Source of the DNA: Promethearchaeota archaeon
GTDB lineage: Archaea; Asgardarchaeota; Lokiarchaeia; Sigyniarchaeales; SOKP01
Assembly: GCA_030599585.1 (NCBI GenBank)
Contig: JAUVNS010000005.1
Span: forward strand, 1 to 64,000
Direction of reading: 5' to 3'
DNA: 64,000 bases
Within the stretch, counting starts at the first letter, position 1; every line of letters starts with the position of its first letter. Both the position numbers and the translations under genes were made by a program. This document shows positions 37,701-46,763 of the stretch, piece after piece. The notes under the pieces are model-generated. The model had not been told where the DNA came from and searched no databases. It saw only the letters and a program-made list of their open reading frames with translations.

Positions 37701-39164
37701 ATGAAAAAAAAAGGGATTTATAAGATGGAAAACTCTACATCAGAAAAATTAAGTTTGGCACCTCCAAAATTTAATACAAAACAACGTATACATTGGGGTT
37801 TAGCAAGTTTTGGCGGATCATTAATAAGTGGAACTTATGGTTCGCTTTTGTCGATTTTTTATGTCGATTATTTAGGTCTGGTTGGACCTTACGCCTATTT
37901 AGTAGTTATTATGAGTGTAGCTTACGCTGTTTGGAACGCTTTTAACGACCCTCTTTTTGGGTTCTACTCTGATCGGTCAAAATCAAAAAAAGGAAGAAGA
38001 ATTCCATTCATGCGGTATACAGCGCCGTTTCTTGGTTTAACTTTTATTATTGTTTGGTTTGCCCCGATTAGTCCTGACAAAATATTTATTTTTTGGTGGA
38101 TGCTAGTAACAACATTCCTGTATGATACTGCCTATACTATCGTGTTCCTAATATATTCAGCGCTTCCTCCTGAGCTAACTGAAGATGAACAAGAAAGAAA
38201 TAAATTATCTTTATTTGCCTCTTTTTTTAGTCTAATAGGGATGATTTTAGGATTCTTAATTCCAGACTTCTTCCGACAAGAACAAGGAATATTTCCTCTA
38301 CAAATGGCCATGATAGCAGTTGGAATCGTTGGAGCTCTTTTTATATTATATACTACATTTAAGTTTAAAGAGCGTCCAGAATTTACAAAAGTAGATGAGC
38401 CTCTCAAAATTAAAGATGCTATAAAATATACTTTTAAAAGCAAATCGTTTATAGTTCTTGTTTTAGCCAATTTTATGAGCGTATTTATGCAATCGCTGAT
38501 TATTGGTTCGATGTTTTATTTGGCTGATTATGTAACGCAATCATCTACTATCCTGTTGCTTGTAGCTGTATTCGTTCCGCTTATATTAGGAGTATGGATA
38601 ACCCCAAAATTGATTGCCAAATTTGGAGTTGTACGGGCCGATCAAATATTATTGACAATAGGAGCTACGGGTTTACTGCTTTTAACATTTGTTCCGGTTA
38701 CAATGATATATCTTAGCTTTATTCTTGCAGGTATGGGGCTTGTAGGACCATTAGTTTTGACTAATGTAATGTTCGCTCAAGTGATCGACGAAGATGAGTT
38801 AAAAACTGGAGTCAGAAGAGAAGCAGTTTATTTTGGCATGAATGCTTTTATTACTAAACCGGCACAGAGCATCGCACTTGCTCTTCCAGCTATTTTGTTG
38901 TCTTTAGCTCACTTCGTTCCCAGAAATGCATTGGGGGAGATTCAACCCCAAACACATCCGACTGAAGTAGATTTCGCAATAAGAGCTTTTATGGGGTTAA
39001 TTCCAGCCATAGTATTGTTTATTGAGGTTTTAATTCTGCAGCTTTATCCGTTAAAGGGAGAATATTTGGCAAAAGTTCAAAAAGAAATTCTCGTTTTACA
39101 CAACAAAAAACATGCTAAACTGATGGAATTAGAAAAACAACAAAAGCCAGATAGAAATCAATAA
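37701..39164 (+). CDS. MFS transporter, glycoside-pentoside-hexuronide (MelB-like) family (start may be ATG 37725)
   Basis: WNAFNDPLFG..SDR...GRRIP, DEDELKTGVRREAVYFG; about 12 TM helices. Confidence 0.9.
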   Translation: MKKKGIYKMENSTSEKLSLAPPKFNTKQRIHWGLASFGGSLISGTYGSLLSIFYVDYLGLVGPYAYLVVIMSVAYAVWNAFNDPLFGFYSDRSKSKKGRRIPFMRYTAPFLGLTFIIVWFAPISPDKIFIFWWMLVTTFLYDTAYTIVFLIYSALPPELTEDEQERNKLSLFASFFSLIGMILGFLIPDFFRQEQGIFPLQMAMIAVGIVGALFILYTTFKFKERPEFTKVDEPLKIKDAIKYTFKSKSFIVLVLANFMSVFMQSLIIGSMFYLADYVTQSSTILLLVAVFVPLILGVWITPKLIAKFGVVRADQILLTIGATGLLLLTFVPVTMIYLSFILAGMGLVGPLVLTNVMFAQVIDEDELKTGVRREAVYFGMNAFITKPAQSIALALPAILLSLAHFVPRNALGEIQPQTHPTEVDFAIRAFMGLIPAIVLFIEVLILQLYPLKGEYLAKVQKEILVLHNKKHAKLMELEKQQKPDRNQ

Positions 39165-39352
39165 TAATTCGAATATATAGCTAAAAATTAATTTTTTTTT
39201 CTTTTTTACATATAATATAAGCATTTTAGGTTTTAACACCAAGTACGAATTGAACTAAATATTCACTTCTCCAAAATAAAATAATAAAATCTAAATTTTA
39301 TATTAACCATTCATTTCTATATTGATATTAAAATATAAAAATAATATTACTC

Positions 39353-39679
39353 GTGAAATCAATGGCTAAAAAAAAGAAATTACCAGATGAAACTGAAGTA
39401 GAAGATGTTCCTGTTGGGAACGTAGATGAAGACGGAGATGAAATTTTAGATTTATACGATGAAGAGGATAATCTCGAAGAGGATATCGATTACGATCTGA
39501 GCAAAGTCGAGGACGATATGCTAGCAGACGAGACCGAAGACGAAGAATTCGGGATGGAAGTCGATGCAGTAGTAACAATGCTAAGAAAAGTTAAATGCGA
39601 CCCTTGTCCGGGTTTAAAAAGTATACCTGGATGTAAAATAGCGCACGATTACGGTTGTCCAAAACCTAACAAGCCATAA
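39353..39679 (+). CDS. Highly acidic small protein with C-terminal Cys4 motif (start probably ATG 39362)
   Basis: MAKKKK, then ~60 aa D/E-rich tract, then CDPCPGLKSIPGCKIAHDYGCP. Confidence 0.8.
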   Translation: MKSMAKKKKLPDETEVEDVPVGNVDEDGDEILDLYDEEDNLEEDIDYDLSKVEDDMLADETEDEEFGMEVDAVVTMLRKVKCDPCPGLKSIPGCKIAHDYGCPKPNKP

Positions 39680-39738
39680 TTAACCTAAATTATATCCTCT
39701 TATTTTTTATTTAAATTTTACTATGTTTACATGTAAAA

Positions 39739-40740
39739 ATGCTTTCTAAAAATCACAAACGTGTTATACTTATCTTTTTTGATCTCTTAATTAGTGCCTA
39801 CATATGGAATGTAAATGCCTCGTGGGGGAATCCTTTTAACACATGCCTAGTTTTGTCAACAACGACTTTTTTAATCATTTACACACCATTTGAAATATAT
39901 TGGAGCTTTAGGGATATTTATTTTGATCGGTGGATTCCAATCAAACATAATAACTTGAAAACATCTAAAATAAAAATCAAGGTCGATCAAAGCAAAAAAG
40001 GAAAAAGCGAGTATCTAGGAGGGCTTCTAATCTCATTTGATGAAATTAATAAAGATCGATTGAATGACACTGTTGTAATTGTGTGTCACGGATTTTCAGA
40101 TAAAAAAGAAACCCTCGAATATTATTATTTACCTTTAGCTTACCAAGGATATACTATTCTCGTATATGATGCCCGAGGTACTGGAGATTCTAAAAAAGTT
40201 GGAAAAAGAAGTCAGTTTATAAAAAGAATAGATGATTTCAAAAAAGTAGTTAGTTGGATTGAAAATAATAACGAACTTAAATCATATAAAATTTATGCCG
40301 TTGGATTCAGTATCGGAGCTATTACTGCTCTATGTGGTGGGTTTTCAAGTGATAATATAAAGAAGATTATTGCGATATCGGCTATGTCTTATTATAAACA
40401 AAATTTACCAAAATATAATTTAATTGTTATGCTCAGCTATTTAATGAAGGGAGTTAAATTGTTTCCAAATATAGAAGAAAACAAAAAAATCTCACCGTAT
40501 ATCGTTATTGAACAATTCAAGAGTTTAATTTCAAATGAAGAATGGGAGAATTACTCTCGAAGGGTGTTTCTTATTCATGCTAGAGATGATAGAATAATTA
40601 AATTCAAAAACTTCAAAGAAAATGTTTCCCTACTTGGTACCACAGAAAAAAATACATTAATCCTTAAAAAAGGAGGTCATACACAAAAGAAAAATGAATT
40701 ACTCTTAGTTGCAGCCACATTAGATTTCTTTAAATCTTAA
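39739..40740 (+). CDS. Membrane-anchored alpha/beta hydrolase
   Basis: Two N-terminal hydrophobic segments; CHGF, YDARGTG, GFSIG nucleophile elbow, DDRI, GGH. Confidence 0.88.
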   Translation: MLSKNHKRVILIFFDLLISAYIWNVNASWGNPFNTCLVLSTTTFLIIYTPFEIYWSFRDIYFDRWIPIKHNNLKTSKIKIKVDQSKKGKSEYLGGLLISFDEINKDRLNDTVVIVCHGFSDKKETLEYYYLPLAYQGYTILVYDARGTGDSKKVGKRSQFIKRIDDFKKVVSWIENNNELKSYKIYAVGFSIGAITALCGGFSSDNIKKIIAISAMSYYKQNLPKYNLIVMLSYLMKGVKLFPNIEENKKISPYIVIEQFKSLISNEEWENYSRRVFLIHARDDRIIKFKNFKENVSLLGTTEKNTLILKKGGHTQKKNELLLVAATLDFFKS

Positions 40741-40824
40741 ATACCACATTTCATAGACTTTTTAATACGTTTACTTTAAATAAGCTACCTCTCAAATATT
40801 CTATATTAAGCATAATGATTTTAA

Positions 40825-41010
40825 ATGATAAATTGCCCCCATTGTTCAGAGGAGCTAAAAGAACAGAACCTGTATAAATATTTTCAAATTTCTTTAGGTG
40901 ATTTCATAAATGGCGTGTTTAAAGGTGACAAAATTCTTTACTTTCATCCAGAATGTCTTCGTAATTCAGAGCTTAGTAAAAGTCCGCTTTTAACTCCAGT
41001 ATTGGAATAG
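40825..41010 (+). CDS. Small CxxC...HxxC zinc-finger protein (PARP-type finger-like)
   Basis: CPHC...YFHPEC in 61 aa. Confidence 0.7.
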   Translation: MINCPHCSEELKEQNLYKYFQISLGDFINGVFKGDKILYFHPECLRNSELSKSPLLTPVLE

Positions 41011-41041
41011 CTATTTGAGCTTACATATAATTAAATTGAAT

Positions 41042-42481
41042 CTAGTTCAAAAAATTACTCCAATTTGAAAAATGTATGATCTCATTGTAATTCTCGATCA
41101 TACTTCTAAATATTAAAGCTCCAATGCAAAATAAGTTAGTAAAATCTGTAGCTTTTAAATTTAATACATTACTGTTGTCCTCTGATAAACCGATTCCACG
41201 ATTCACTTCTATTCTTCCATCGTACCCTGATAAATTTACAACAAATTCTTCTTTGTTTAAACCCTTAAGATATCGACCCTTTGCGATACGAGCTAATCCT
41301 CCGATTGGAATAATTTGGTTTTTGTGCAGAGCATAATATAACCGTATGTCAAATGTATGCTTATAACCTTCCCATTTAATAAGAGAAAAATTGACCTTTT
41401 CTTGAATTGTGTAAGGGAAAGGATTTCGCTTTCTTGAGAATTTTACATAGAACTCTTTTTTGCTCTCCTCTAATCTCTTCATAATCTCAATCGGCTTATG
41501 ATTTTTAAGAATTTGAATTACCCCTGCTCCTCCAGATCCTCCGCTTGGTTTAATTATAAATGATTTCTTAAAGGTTTTTATCATTATGGTTACTTTTTCG
41601 ATTAAATCCTTCTCATTGTAGGCTTTGGCAAAAACTAAACTTTCTAAATTATAGGCTTCAAGTCGATTCTTTATTAAATGGCTCGCTAAATATGTGAGGG
41701 ATTTATCATCCGTTATTTTAAAGATAGGGTTTACGATTGTGGAATTAATTTGACGATAATCTTCTCGAATCATATTATTAAATTTTTCATCGATAAATCT
41801 CCTAGCTATGCCATCTCCTATCAAAACGCTTACTTTTTCACCTAGATATCTCATTTCTGTGTCGGTAAAAGACAAAGTTTTACCTAAATGTTCATAATCG
41901 CATATCAGAAATACAATTTTTGCTTCGTAATTCTTGTCATAAGTATCGGAGTTAAAAATTTTTAGTGACAATCCTAATGATCTAATTTTCTTCCTAAAAT
42001 ATTCAACCATTATTACCTTTTCGTGAATTAGAGCATCATTTACTGGGACTCCAATTAACACTAAAATTTTTAAATCTTTATTAAACGATTTTTCTATCGC
42101 TTGAGAAATCGATTCAAAATATCCATCATATATTAAAGCTTGTTGTTTTTTGGTAAGTATTGATAGCCCTCGGTTTGAACCGCCATTGGCTTCAAGAAGA
42201 AAGAAACTTTTACTATGAGGGCTTCCACCCACCATAAAATCTATACTACCCGCATAAAAAGAAACATTATTAGGCATATAAATATCATTATGCTTAGTTA
42301 ATTTTCTCAACGCATGTTCTCTAATTCCATCTACAAAATTATCATCTTGTGATGCTCGGAGCTTAGCAAAAGAAATTAAATCAAGGCCTAGTGCTTTACC
42401 TAGTGGAATTAGTTTTAAATCAGAGTCGGTTATGTCTTTTGACATTAATTTAAGGAATTTGGTTAATAAATTTTCTTCCAA
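41042..42481 (-). CDS. Circularly permuted ATP-grasp ligase
   Basis: Metal-binding SIDFM...LLEANG motif is N-terminal; IIKPSGGSGGAGV, IQEK, FDIRLY, GGLARIA and VVNLS come later. Confidence 0.75.
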   Translation of the reverse strand: MEENLLTKFLKLMSKDITDSDLKLIPLGKALGLDLISFAKLRASQDDNFVDGIREHALRKLTKHNDIYMPNNVSFYAGSIDFMVGGSPHSKSFFLLEANGGSNRGLSILTKKQQALIYDGYFESISQAIEKSFNKDLKILVLIGVPVNDALIHEKVIMVEYFRKKIRSLGLSLKIFNSDTYDKNYEAKIVFLICDYEHLGKTLSFTDTEMRYLGEKVSVLIGDGIARRFIDEKFNNMIREDYRQINSTIVNPIFKITDDKSLTYLASHLIKNRLEAYNLESLVFAKAYNEKDLIEKVTIMIKTFKKSFIIKPSGGSGGAGVIQILKNHKPIEIMKRLEESKKEFYVKFSRKRNPFPYTIQEKVNFSLIKWEGYKHTFDIRLYYALHKNQIIPIGGLARIAKGRYLKGLNKEEFVVNLSGYDGRIEVNRGIGLSEDNSNVLNLKATDFTNLFCIGALIFRSMIENYNEIIHFSNWSNFLN

Positions 42482-42556
42482 TTATATCACTCACTCGTGA
42501 TTTAATACCAGTTAGCCCATATTCCAATTATACTTACAATTTTTTAAAGCTTTAAA

Positions 42557-43774
42557 TTATAAATAAAGATAACCTTGGTGATTTCCTTTTATACTTAATC
42601 TGAGACTACCTAGTAGGATTTTTCTAATGCTAGTCTGCTCTTTAAAATTTAAATCCGAAAAAAGAAGAATGTACTTTTTCTCCAAATTAATTACGAAAAG
42701 TAGACATATTCTAATAAGCTTCGAATCCTCTGTTAATAGCGCAGAAATCACGTAATGGTAAGGGAGAGTCCTTAAGTCATTGATATTGATTTCTTCTTCT
42801 GTGACTTTATCTTCCTCTTGGTTATACCCTGCTTTAATGAATTTAATTCCTTCTAAGGGTATCGATATTTTTCTAAAATTTTCTAAAACTTTTGCGAATT
42901 GACTCTGCCGTAAAAACCTTCTTTCTTCCTTATCTTTTTCGTAGAAATATTTATTTTCTTCCTTTAAATAGAATATCGTTCTTTTCTTCGATTTAGATGC
43001 GTTCTTTTCAATTTCTCCTAACTCTTCGATAGTATCATCGTGAAATACAATTAAAATATCAGGATCAACGGTGTTTATAAAAAAGTTCTTATATATTACT
43101 CCTGCCTCAGTTTTTATCCATCCATCGCTATCAATAAGTACGATATCTACATTTTCATGCTTGGATAAAAATTTATTTATTAATTCAACACACGAATGAG
43201 CTATAATAAATTTGAAATTTGCCTTTGGGAAGGTGCTTCCAATAAATACTGTTTCTTCAGCAAGAATTTCAGCGCTCGAAACGATGTCCTTATTAACTTC
43301 TCCAATGTTAAGAGTTGTAGGAAGGTATAATAATTGCTGTCCTAAATCAGAATCCAGGAAACCTGCTTTCATTCCTTCTTTATGGATGTTATTTGCAAGG
43401 TATTTGATGAGAGTCGTTTTACCACTGCTCAAGCCTAAAACCATCAGTTTTAAGGGGTTTTTTCCCTCATTTTTCCGAATCGCATTAATAACGGATTCCT
43501 TAATTTTAACCCATTCTTTGTTAATGGTGTTTCCTTCAATTATTTCTATATTATCTCTACTATTCGTAAAAATTTCTAATTTCGATGGCTCCAGTGCAAA
43601 TAACGGATAACTATTAGCACTGGGTACAATAATAGTATTTTCTACCTCACTTTTTTTTGGTGAAAACTCCTTTCCAAACACTTCAACCTTTCCTTCTAAT
43701 AAAGTAACTCTTGAAGGTCCTTTTACCAAAAGAGTGTGATCTTTTTGCACTTCTTGAATCATAATTTTCCTCAA
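42557..43774 (-). CDS. Clp1/Nol9-family polynucleotide 5'-OH kinase
   Basis: N-terminal LLVKGPSRVTLLEGKVEVFG, P-loop GLSSGKTT, DSDLGQ, IDSDGW, ERRFLR. Confidence 0.85.
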   Translation of the reverse strand: MRKIMIQEVQKDHTLLVKGPSRVTLLEGKVEVFGKEFSPKKSEVENTIIVPSANSYPLFALEPSKLEIFTNSRDNIEIIEGNTINKEWVKIKESVINAIRKNEGKNPLKLMVLGLSSGKTTLIKYLANNIHKEGMKAGFLDSDLGQQLLYLPTTLNIGEVNKDIVSSAEILAEETVFIGSTFPKANFKFIIAHSCVELINKFLSKHENVDIVLIDSDGWIKTEAGVIYKNFFINTVDPDILIVFHDDTIEELGEIEKNASKSKKRTIFYLKEENKYFYEKDKEERRFLRQSQFAKVLENFRKISIPLEGIKFIKAGYNQEEDKVTEEEININDLRTLPYHYVISALLTEDSKLIRICLLFVINLEKKYILLFSDLNFKEQTSIRKILLGSLRLSIKGNHQGYLYL

Positions 43775-43907
43775 ATCATCCCATATGATATGATAATTAT
43801 TTCTCTCCTTACATTTTATACTTATTAACTAAAAGAAATATACTTTTTCTTTCCTACTGAAATTTTTAGTTATATATATGTATCATTTTCGTAAAGACAA
43901 TGGATTT

Positions 43908-44435
43908 TTACTTCTTAAATTCTTTATAACAAGGGATGCACATATTTTTGTCTTGATAATTCATCATCCGGCTGTCCATTGTAAGTTCTCCGCAAATCTC
44001 GCAAAGTACTGATTCTTCTATTTGAGCCATCATAGGAGGGTCATATTCAATATTTCTAATTTCAAAAACATCTTCAGGTTTCAAACCAAGAAACTTCTGA
44101 ATTTTCTCATCCCTTGTCAATTTATTATTATTTAAAATAGACTTTTTTAAAGCTAACCTAACCCCTTTTTGGTTTTTTCTACTGTAGATGCTATAGTTGT
44201 TTTTGCCATAATCTTTATGAATTAAATTGCCTTTACCATAGGTGGTACCTAACAAAACTTGGAGCGCATCAACGCTACAGTTGTCAGTTTCGACAACAGC
44301 TACTAGTTCTTCATCAGAGGAGTGCTCAAATCCATGTTCTAAAGCATATTTAGCAACCAACACGCCAATAGCAATTCCAGGACAAATATGTCCATGAAAT
44401 ATCGTAGCTTTTTTCATTAACTCTTTAATTTCCAC
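43908..44435 (-). CDS. FmdE-family protein with C-terminal Zn finger
   Basis: FHGHICPG, CSVDALQ, TYGKGN, CEICGE...CIPC. Confidence 0.9.
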   Translation of the reverse strand: MEIKELMKKATIFHGHICPGIAIGVLVAKYALEHGFEHSSDEELVAVVETDNCSVDALQVLLGTTYGKGNLIHKDYGKNNYSIYSRKNQKGVRLALKKSILNNNKLTRDEKIQKFLGLKPEDVFEIRNIEYDPPMMAQIEESVLCEICGELTMDSRMMNYQDKNMCIPCYKEFKK

Positions 44436-44519
44436 TTTAAATCAGTATATTATTTTAGATTTAAAAAAAATATCAAATATATTAATTTATTTTATGACTT
44501 AAATATAATTGTACTAGGT

Positions 44520-45011
44520 ATGAAATTTCTTGCAGATGCAATGTTAGGAAAACTCGCGCGATTCTTACGAATTTTTGGATACGATACAATTTATGCGAGT
44601 GATCTAATAGATCATTATCACGCTAATCCCGTTCCGGATAAAAAAATAAATGAATATGCTTTATGGAGCAATAGAATTGTAATAACTAAGGATTTACAAT
44701 TCTATAAAGAAATTAAAGAAAACGCAATAATATTAGAAGGGGAAGGCGTATATAATTACTTAAATCAACTTAAACGTAAGTTAAATTTAGATTATGATTT
44801 TAACATGGAAAAGACAAGATGCTCTGTTTGTAATACAACGTTAAAGAAGGTAAATAATAAGAATTCGATAGAACAATTTGTTAAATGTGAAACTTTTAAA
44901 AACTATAATGAGTTTTTTCAATGCACTAATAAAAGATGTCAGAAAGTATTTTGGAATGGACCACATATAGCGGATATTATTAGAAAAATACAGAATATGA
45001 CCGAAAACTAA
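44520..45011 (+). CDS. Mut7-C RNase (PIN-like) domain protein
   Basis: FLADAMLGKLARFLRIFGYD, ITKD, RCSVCN, CQKVFWNGPH. Confidence 0.9.
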   Translation: MKFLADAMLGKLARFLRIFGYDTIYASDLIDHYHANPVPDKKINEYALWSNRIVITKDLQFYKEIKENAIILEGEGVYNYLNQLKRKLNLDYDFNMEKTRCSVCNTTLKKVNNKNSIEQFVKCETFKNYNEFFQCTNKRCQKVFWNGPHIADIIRKIQNMTEN

Positions 45012-45253
45012 GTCTTAGTGCTTGTGAAGAAGTTCTTTTTTATGTCATCAAACTTAACTTTTACTTTCTCAGCTTCATCTTTTGCGCCTCCTTTTTTAAA
45101 CAATCCGTGTGCTTGCGAAAGTAGCTCAAGACTTTTTTTGTATTCTCTATTCTTAAAATGGTTTTCTGAAAGTTCAACTAAATATTGCCCTTTCTTAACA
45201 TAAAACGCTAGGAACTGGGCAGATGTATCTATTTTCCGACTCAAATTAAACAC
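45008..45253 (-). CDS. Small helical (TPR-like) hypothetical protein
   Basis: GTG start; ENHFKNREYKKSLELLSQAHGLFKKGG helix-turn-helix pattern. Confidence 0.6.
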   Translation of the reverse strand: MFNLSRKIDTSAQFLAFYVKKGQYLVELSENHFKNREYKKSLELLSQAHGLFKKGGAKDEAEKVKVKFDDIKKNFFTSTKT

Positions 45254-45317
45254 TTTTTTTTTTTCTAAGTATATTTATCTAATAAAGCTAGAGTAATTAA
45301 AAATTTGCATTTTCCGA

Positions 45318-46748
45318 TTAAATTAATCTCATTCGGAACTCATTCATCTCAATGACTGAATTTTTAACTCTGGCTTTATTTGCAGCAAACGCCATGAGAT
45401 GACTTTCAATAGTCTCGTTGGCGTTTGTTAGAGGTTGAGATTTTTCTGGGTTAGTAAGCGTTTCTAAAAAAGAATCTACTAGAGAAAAATCTCCTCCTCC
45501 ATGACCAGAATAATCAATTGATAGTTTTTCAGAAAAAATCTCCTTAGATGTGCCTGTAAAATGATTATAAATTGTAATTTTTTGTCCAGAATCAAAGAAT
45601 TCTCCAATTAAAGTAGCTTTAGTTCCATCAATTCGCAGAGTCCTCCCTTCTCTCTCACTAAATCCATGAACTATAAGATTTGCTGTAACATTATTTTCAA
45701 ACTCAATATTTACTACTTGATGGTCAATTACATTATTATCGCACTTATATACACATCTTCCATAGGGACTCGTTCTTAATATTCTCATTTTAGTTTCGTC
45801 AGAATAATCTTCACTCGCCTCTTCAGGCAATCCCGAATACAGCGGTTCTACTGGCCAATCTCTCCAATATCTCAAACTTTGTAATAATTTGATTGGTTTA
45901 CTTAGTACGGCTAATATTTTTTGATGTTTTTTTCTTAAATTAGCAAGAATTTTAAACTTTTTTATTTCACTTTTTTCTAAGATTTGAGTTATTGGTACAA
46001 TGTTAATATATATTCTTGGAGCGTAATACAAACAAGTATCTTCTATAGGACACCCTTCCACACAATAATCGGGAGAACTTATAGGTGCGTTTATCGATTT
46101 AAAATGTAGAAGACTTCCAAATGAACTTATTCTTTTTGGTAAAGCTTCTACCATCCAATAAAGCAAATCTAAATCGTGGCAACATTTTGCAAGTATCATA
46201 GGGGATGATTCATTCACATTCCGCCAGTTGCCCCTAACAAAACTATGGGCGAAATGATACCAACTAACATTTTCCCTGTGTGAAATGTTAATAATATTTC
46301 CTAATGACCCTTCACTTATTGTTTTCTTAATTGTAGAAAAAAATGCTGTGTATCTTAATACGTGGCAGACTCCTAAGATTCTCCCTGTCTTTTTAACACC
46401 TTCTATGATTTTATAGCAACCTTCGAGAGTGTGTGCCATAGGTTTTTCCAATAAAATGTCATAACCTTTTTCGAGAGCATTTAAAGTAGGTTCTACATGC
46501 ATTTGGTCTTGAGTACAGACGAAAACCACGTCAGCAAATTTGGCCTCTTGTAATAAGGGCTCCCAACTATCATAACAACGCTCTGAAGCAATATTATGAA
46601 GTTTTGCAAACTTATCTCTCCTATAAGTAATTGGCTCTGCGACAGCTATAAAATTTAATTTGTTAGGATATCTTAAAGCGTAATTACCGTAAGCGGTCAT
46701 TCCTCTATTTCCGGCTCCAATTAAAATCGCTGTGGTTTGTTTTTCCAT
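45318..46748 (-). CDS. Gfo/Idh/MocA-family oxidoreductase
   Basis: IGAGNRG, LEKPMA, HVLRY, HSFVRGNW, AKCCHDLD, GHGGGD. Confidence 0.92.
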   Translation of the reverse strand: MEKQTTAILIGAGNRGMTAYGNYALRYPNKLNFIAVAEPITYRRDKFAKLHNIASERCYDSWEPLLQEAKFADVVFVCTQDQMHVEPTLNALEKGYDILLEKPMAHTLEGCYKIIEGVKKTGRILGVCHVLRYTAFFSTIKKTISEGSLGNIINISHRENVSWYHFAHSFVRGNWRNVNESSPMILAKCCHDLDLLYWMVEALPKRISSFGSLLHFKSINAPISSPDYCVEGCPIEDTCLYYAPRIYINIVPITQILEKSEIKKFKILANLRKKHQKILAVLSKPIKLLQSLRYWRDWPVEPLYSGLPEEASEDYSDETKMRILRTSPYGRCVYKCDNNVIDHQVVNIEFENNVTANLIVHGFSEREGRTLRIDGTKATLIGEFFDSGQKITIYNHFTGTSKEIFSEKLSIDYSGHGGGDFSLVDSFLETLTNPEKSQPLTNANETIESHLMAFAANKARVKNSVIEMNEFRMRLI

Positions 46749-46763
46749 TTTTCATCAAAAGTG

